A stretch of 64,000 nt of DNA from Dehalococcoidia bacterium (GTDB lineage Bacteria; Chloroflexota; Dehalococcoidia; Bin125), in contig CAXXRD010000002.1 of assembly GCA_963663895.2 (NCBI GenBank), positions 416,001 to 480,000 of the forward strand, read 5' to 3'. The notes beneath the pieces are model-generated. The model worked only from the letters and a program-made list of their open reading frames with translations, was not told the DNA's origin and made no database searches. Below, piece after piece: positions 59,036-64,000 of the stretch (positions are counted from its first letter, which is position 1; the number at the start of each line of letters is the position of its first letter). Made by a program: the position numbers and the translations under genes.

Positions 59036-59842
59036 CTAGCCGTCGGCGGGGCGCCAGGTGGGCGGTCGCTTGTCGAGGAAGGCCTGGACGCCCTCGCGGC
59101 CTTCAGCCCCGCCGCGGGCGCGTGCGAGGAGGGCGGCGGTCGCTTGGTCTTGATCAGGACCGCTGGTGCTGAGCACGGTGCGGACGAGCGTCTTGGCAAG
59201 ACCGTGGGCTTGGGGACCGCCGGCGAGAAGGGCCTGCACGGTGTCCGTCACAGCATTATCGAGCTGGTCGTCGGGGACGACGCGGTGCAGAAGACCGATC
59301 TGTTGCGCACGATCGGCCGTGATCCGCTCGGCAGTGAGGAAGAGGGCGCGGGCGTGGCCGGGGCCGATCTTCTCGACGATGTGGGGAGCGATCGTGGCGG
59401 GGATGAGTCCGAGGCGGGCCTCGCTAAAACCGAAACGCGCGCGCGCGGCCGCGATAGCGATGTCGGCGACGGCGACGAGGCCCATGCCGCCGCCGAGGGC
59501 GGGCCCTTGCACGCGGGCGATGAGCGGTCGGGGCAGGGAGGCGGCGGTACGCAGCATGGTGGCAAGGGCGAGGGCGTCCCGGCGGTTCTCCTCCTCGGTG
59601 TAGGCGGCAGCGCGACGCATCCAGTTGAGATCGGCGCCGGCGCTGAAGGAGCGGCCCCGGGCGGCGAGGACGACGACGCGGACGTCGGCGTCGCTTCCCA
59701 GATCGTCGAAAGCGGCCTGGAGAGAAGCGATGAGGTGATCGTCAAAGGCGTTGTGGCGCTCGGGGCGCTGGAGGGTAAGCGTCACGACGGGGCCGTCGTG
59801 AGCGATCGCCAGCGGTGGGGATGGTTGGTCGGCCACGATCAC
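59036..59842 (-). CDS. liuC: Methylglutaconyl-CoA hydratase-like enoyl-CoA hydratase
   Basis: [33 protein letters not shown]. Confidence 0.85.
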   Translation of the reverse strand: MIVADQPSPPLAIAHDGPVVTLTLQRPERHNAFDDHLIASLQAAFDDLGSDADVRVVVLAARGRSFSAGADLNWMRRAAAYTEEENRRDALALATMLRTAASLPRPLIARVQGPALGGGMGLVAVADIAIAAARARFGFSEARLGLIPATIAPHIVEKIGPGHARALFLTAERITADRAQQIGLLHRVVPDDQLDNAVTDTVQALLAGGPQAHGLAKTLVRTVLSTSGPDQDQATAALLARARGGAEGREGVQAFLDKRPPTWRPADG

Positions 59843-61497
59843 ATGCGGAAGACGCCGAAGGAGGTCTCCGGGATGGGGGCATTCAAGGCGGTGCTGACCC
59901 CAAGGGCCAGGGCGGTGCGCGTGTCGAGCGGATCGAGGATGCCGTCGTCCCAGAGGCGAGCGGTGCTGTAGTAGGGGTTGCCCTCGTCCTCGTACTTGTC
60001 GCGCGTGGGAGCCATGAAGGCTTCACGCTCCTCAGCGGTCATGTCTTCTCCCTGGGCGCGAAGGTTATCAAGGCGGACGGTGAGGAGGACCTCGGCGGCT
60101 TGCTGGCCGCCCATGACGGAGATGCGGGCGCTGGGCCACGTCCAGAGCAGGCGGGGAGCGTAGGCACGGCCGCACATGGCATAGTTTCCTGCGCCGAAGG
60201 AGCCGCCGATGATGACGGTGAACTTGGGGACCTGCGCCGCTGCGACGGCACTGACCATTTTGGCGCCGTGCTTGGCGATGCCTTCGTGCTCGTAGCGTTG
60301 ACCGACCATGAAGCCGGTGATGTTCTGCAGGAAGAGGAGGGGGATACGCCGCTGGGCGCAGAGTTGGATGAAGTGGGCGCCCTTGAGCGCACTCTCCGAG
60401 AAGAGGATGCCGTTGTTGGCGACGATGCCCATGGGGTAGCCCATGATACGAGCGAAGCCACAGACCAAGGTGGCGCCGTAGGCGGCCTTGAACTCATGAA
60501 GGCGGCTTCCGTCGACGAGGCGGGCGATGACCTCGCGAACGTCGTAGGACTTGCGGGGCGAGGCGGGGAGGATCCCGTAGATCTCTTCGGGGTCGTAGGC
60601 AGGGGGCTCGGCGGCGGGGAGGGGCCACGGAGCCGTACGAGCGTCGCGCCCGAGGTTGGCGACGCTGCGCCGGACGAGAGCCAATGCCTCTTCGTCGTTG
60701 GCGGCGAGATGGTCCGCGACGCCGGATTTCTGGGTATGCACGGTGGCTCCGCCCAGATCCTGGGCCGAAATCTCCTCGCCGGTCGCCGCCCGCACCAGAG
60801 GAGGACCGCCTAAGAAGATCGTGCCCGTGCCGTGCACGATGATCGTCTCGTCGCTCATGGCGGGAACGTAGGCGCCGCCCGCAGTGCAGGATCCCATGAC
60901 CGCGGCGATCTGAGGGATGCCGGCGGCGGACATGCGGGCTTGGTTATAGAAGATCCGTCCGAAGTGATCGCGGTCGGGGAAAACATCGGCCTGGAGAGGA
61001 AGGAAAGCACCGCCGGAATCGACGAGATAGATGCAGGGAAGCCGATTTTGCTCGGCGACTTCCTGCGCGCGCAGATGCTTTTTCACAGTGAGGGGGTAAT
61101 AGGCGCCGCCCTTGACGGTGGCGTCGTTGGCGATGATGACCGTTTCGCGACCGACGACGCGGCCGACGCCCGTGACGATGCCGGCAGCGGGCGCATCGCC
61201 GTCGTAAATATCCCAAGCCGCAAGGGGGCTCAGTTCGAGGAAGGCCGTGCCCGTATCCACGAGGCGGTCGATACGCTCGCGGGCGAGGAGCTTGCCACGC
61301 GCGTGGTGCCGCTCGATCTGCCGGGCGCCGCCACCGCGCTGCACGACAGCCTGGCGCTCGCGGAGCTCGCTCACGAGCGCGCGCATGCGCTCCTGATTAG
61401 CGCGGAAGTCATCGCCGTCGACATCAAGGGACGACTGCAGAGGCGGGCTCTCCTCGAGCTCTGGCAGGTGGGAACCGGAGGGCAGAGTATCCATCAT
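59839..61497 (-). CDS. liuB: Methylcrotonyl-CoA carboxylase beta (carboxyltransferase)
   Basis: [51 protein letters not shown]. Confidence 0.92.
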   Translation of the reverse strand: MMDTLPSGSHLPELEESPPLQSSLDVDGDDFRANQERMRALVSELRERQAVVQRGGGARQIERHHARGKLLARERIDRLVDTGTAFLELSPLAAWDIYDGDAPAAGIVTGVGRVVGRETVIIANDATVKGGAYYPLTVKKHLRAQEVAEQNRLPCIYLVDSGGAFLPLQADVFPDRDHFGRIFYNQARMSAAGIPQIAAVMGSCTAGGAYVPAMSDETIIVHGTGTIFLGGPPLVRAATGEEISAQDLGGATVHTQKSGVADHLAANDEEALALVRRSVANLGRDARTAPWPLPAAEPPAYDPEEIYGILPASPRKSYDVREVIARLVDGSRLHEFKAAYGATLVCGFARIMGYPMGIVANNGILFSESALKGAHFIQLCAQRRIPLLFLQNITGFMVGQRYEHEGIAKHGAKMVSAVAAAQVPKFTVIIGGSFGAGNYAMCGRAYAPRLLWTWPSARISVMGGQQAAEVLLTVRLDNLRAQGEDMTAEEREAFMAPTRDKYEDEGNPYYSTARLWDDGILDPLDTRTALALGVSTALNAPIPETSFGVFRM

Positions 61498-61754
61498 GCT
61501 GTGATTCTGACACGGATACCGAGATAGGAGGACGGGACTTCGGAAAGGATGTCCCCATCCAAGACGACCTCGCTCATCTGGAGTCGCATGACGAATGCTG
61601 GTCCCGTCCCATCCGTGCCACCGCCTACAGGGGGGACGCCTACAGAGGGAAACGCCTGAACTCGGTGGCCGCGTCTCTTCTTCCTAATCTTTCCTAATCG
61701 CTGCTCTCGCGCACGGCGGTTCTCAAAAATTACACGAAAGCGGCGGGGCGGATG

Positions 61755-61855
61755 GCCGATCGTACCGGGTTGCGCTGGGGGTCTCTAACGAGCGCAGGGC
61801 GTAGGCTGGGAGAGGAGCGGTCCCCAACCGACGGACGCCATTCGTCTTGATCGGC
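61755..61855 (+). promoter_or_regulatory. Structured 5' leader, candidate Na+/Li+-type riboswitch
   Basis: GCCGATC/GATCGGC closing stem, GGGTTG-CGCT..AGCG-CAGGGC core, GGCGT/ACGCC; directly before the antiporter RBS. Confidence 0.45.
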
Positions 61856-61875
61856 AGGCAGCAGGAGGGAGCAGC

Positions 61876-62877
61876 TTGGACTTCCTGATCTTCGCCGTGT
61901 GCGCGGGCGCGATCGCAATCGCCGGGCCGAAGATGGTGGAGGCAGTAGCGGTCGTATCGGAGCGGACGGGGGCGGGGCACGTGTGGGTTGGGTCGATCGT
62001 GCTCGCGGGGGCGACATCGCTGCCGGAGCTGGTCGCGACGGTGGCGGGCGCGGCGATCGACGAGCCCGATCTGGCGGTGGGGACAGTATTGGGCTCGAAC
62101 ATGTTCAACATGGTGATCTTCGGCGCGGTGGTGCTCCTCGCAACGCGCGCGCTTCGCCCCGATCCGGCGGGGGCCGCGGCGGGGCTGGCGGCGATCGCGA
62201 TGGCGAGCGGGGCGCTGGTGTTCCTCCTCGTCGACATGCCGGCGGCGGGCCGGTTGGGGCTGGGGTCGCTGGTCCTGGTGGGGATCTACGTCGCGGCGTC
62301 GTACCTGCTGTTCCGGTTCGAGCGGGGACGGCGCGGCGCGGCGGCCGCCGAGACGCAACCAGCGCAGCCGGAGGCCGGCACCGCCGCGAACGGATCGATG
62401 ACGCTGCGGCGGGCGCTGCAGTGGCTGCTGGCGACCACCGCAGTGGTGTTCGTCGCCTCGATCTACATCGCGGGGGCGGCCGACGGAATCGCGGAGACGA
62501 TCGGGGTGAGCGGAGGCGTGATCGGCGTGGTGGCGGTCGCGTGTGCAACATCGCTGCCGGAGATCGTGACGTCGATTGCGGCCCTGCGCCGAAAGGCGCC
62601 GGGGCTGTTGGTAGGGAACGTGTTCGGGAGCAACGTGTTCAACATCGTGGTGATCTTCGCCGCCGACTTGAGCTTCGACGAGGGCGCCGTGCTGCAGGCC
62701 GCGAGTGGGGATCAGGCGGTGACGGCGGCGTTCGGGATCGGACTGATGCTGCTCGGACTGGCCGTGATGGGCTGGCAGCGGTCGGAGCGGATGATCCGCG
62801 GCCTGGGCGCGCTGATCGTGGCGGGGTACCTGGCGGGGATCGTCACGGTGGTGAGCCTGGGGGTCGTGGGCGGCTAG
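61876..62877 (+). CDS. Sodium/calcium (cation) antiporter, YrbG-like
   Basis: Two alpha repeats: ATSLPEL..GTVLGSNMFN and ATSLPEI..GNVFGSNVFN; GGAGG RBS, TTG start. Confidence 0.92.
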   Translation: MDFLIFAVCAGAIAIAGPKMVEAVAVVSERTGAGHVWVGSIVLAGATSLPELVATVAGAAIDEPDLAVGTVLGSNMFNMVIFGAVVLLATRALRPDPAGAAAGLAAIAMASGALVFLLVDMPAAGRLGLGSLVLVGIYVAASYLLFRFERGRRGAAAAETQPAQPEAGTAANGSMTLRRALQWLLATTAVVFVASIYIAGAADGIAETIGVSGGVIGVVAVACATSLPEIVTSIAALRRKAPGLLVGNVFGSNVFNIVVIFAADLSFDEGAVLQAASGDQAVTAAFGIGLMLLGLAVMGWQRSERMIRGLGALIVAGYLAGIVTVVSLGVVGG

Positions 62878-63022
62878 CGATCCCCGCGGATCGCGCGCGG
62901 GCCGGCTGGCGGCAGCGCTTCGCTTGTGAGGCAGACATCGTGGCTGGTAGTCTGCGCGCCCACTCGACGGGCGCGCAGCGCACCGTCCGGCCACCCATCC
63001 GCCTACCCAAAGGAGGCCGAGG

Positions 63023-63496
63023 ATGCCATCTCTCGAGGATCATGAAGCACGAATCCAGCGATTGGAGGACGTCGAGCAGATCCGCCGGCTGAAGCACGCC
63101 TACGCGCGGCTGGTCGACGATAACTTCCGGCACAAGGAGCTGGGACAGCTGTTCGCCGAAGACGGGGTGATGGACGGCGGAGTGTTCGGCCGGAACGAGG
63201 GGCGGGAGGCGATCGCGGCGTTCTTCGATGGGATGCGGTCCCAGCTGACGTTCGCGATGCACTTCATGACGGGGGAGACGATCGACGTCGACCCGTCGGG
63301 CACCAGCGCGTCGGGCCACTGGTACCTGTGGGAGCTGGGGACGCTGGACGGCCAGGCGGTGTGGATCGCGATGACGTACAACGATACCTACGTGAAGCAG
63401 AACGGGAAGTGGCTGTTCCAAGAGACGAATCTGCTGATCAATTTCGTGACGCCGTACGAGGATGGGTGGGTGAAAACGCCGATGTTGGAGCGGTAG
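63023..63496 (+). CDS. SnoaL_4/NTF2-like protein
   Basis: EARIQRLEDVEQIRRLKHAY, YNDTYVKQNGKWLF, PYEDGW (paralogue of 50030). Confidence 0.88.
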   Translation: MPSLEDHEARIQRLEDVEQIRRLKHAYARLVDDNFRHKELGQLFAEDGVMDGGVFGRNEGREAIAAFFDGMRSQLTFAMHFMTGETIDVDPSGTSASGHWYLWELGTLDGQAVWIAMTYNDTYVKQNGKWLFQETNLLINFVTPYEDGWVKTPMLER

Positions 63497-63527
63497 CGGC
63501 GAGGGATCATTGGGATCTGGAGCGCGC

Positions 63528-64000
63528 ATGGCCTCGAACCAAGCGATCTCGGAGATGGATGCAGTCTCGCTGGCGGCGGCCGTGCGGGCGAAGGATCTGT
63601 CACCGGTAGACGTGGTGGAGGCAGCCCTGGCGCGGATGGAGCGGCTCGAGCCGCGGCTGCACGCGTTCTGCACGCCGACGCCGGAGCTGGCACGGGCGGA
63701 GGCGCGGCGGATCGAGGCGGCGATCGCGGCCGGGCGGGAAGTAGGAGCGCTGGCGGGGGTACCGGTTGGGATCAAGGACCTGGTGTGCACGGCTGGGATC
63801 GTGACCGCCTGCGGCTCCGCCGCATACAAGGATTTCGTGCCGGACGAGGACGACGTGTGCGTGGAGCGGCTGCGGGCGGCGGATGCGATCATCCTCGGTA
63901 AGACGAACGTGCCCGAGTTCGGCTACAGCGGAACGGGGCACAACCCGATATTCGAAACGACGCGCAATCCCTGGAACCCGGACCTGACGCCCGGGGGATC
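63528..64000 (+). CDS. Amidase, partial (runs off window end)
   Basis: LSPVDVV, GVPVGIKDL, GKTNVPEFG, TRNPWN..TPGG. Confidence 0.9.
   Translation, partial: MASNQAISEMDAVSLAAAVRAKDLSPVDVVEAALARMERLEPRLHAFCTPTPELARAEARRIEAAIAAGREVGALAGVPVGIKDLVCTAGIVTACGSAAYKDFVPDEDDVCVERLRAADAIILGKTNVPEFGYSGTGHNPIFETTRNPWNPDLTPGG

Overview
GC-rich bacterial window, densely packed with catabolic enzyme paralogues: 4 luciferase-like/F420 monooxygenases, 3 amidohydrolase_2, 3 amidases, 3 class III CoA-transferases, 3 SnoaL proteins, a form II cox-like S-L-M Mo-hydroxylase, a TcuA-like flavoprotein and a liuB-C-D-E/acyl-CoA dehydrogenase cluster. By inference this gene mix resembles Chloroflexota (Dehalococcoidia/SAR202-like) genomes. 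The first ~6 kb has many single-base frameshifts, probably uncorrected sequencing error. Main signals not explained by the ORF track: (i) a split AhpC/TSA gene that is a selenoprotein (W-TGA-P-Y-C plus a SECIS-like hairpin), coupled to an F420 LLM gene; (ii) two candidate defence cassettes, namely a wHTH-like protein plus a reader-nuclease fusion bracketed by a 24-bp imperfect inverted repeat, and an OGG/HhH-fold glycosylase-like gene convergent with a PD-(D/E)XK nuclease interrupted at a G10 tract; (iii) a J-domain (HPD)-flavin reductase fusion; (iv) a structured riboswitch-like leader upstream of a Na+/Ca2+ antiporter; (v) two IS1595 deletion derivatives, a tRNA-like T-loop element, and a secreted protein with a poly-C tract right after a TTGACA box. 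All family assignments come from motif recognition by eye; no searches were run.
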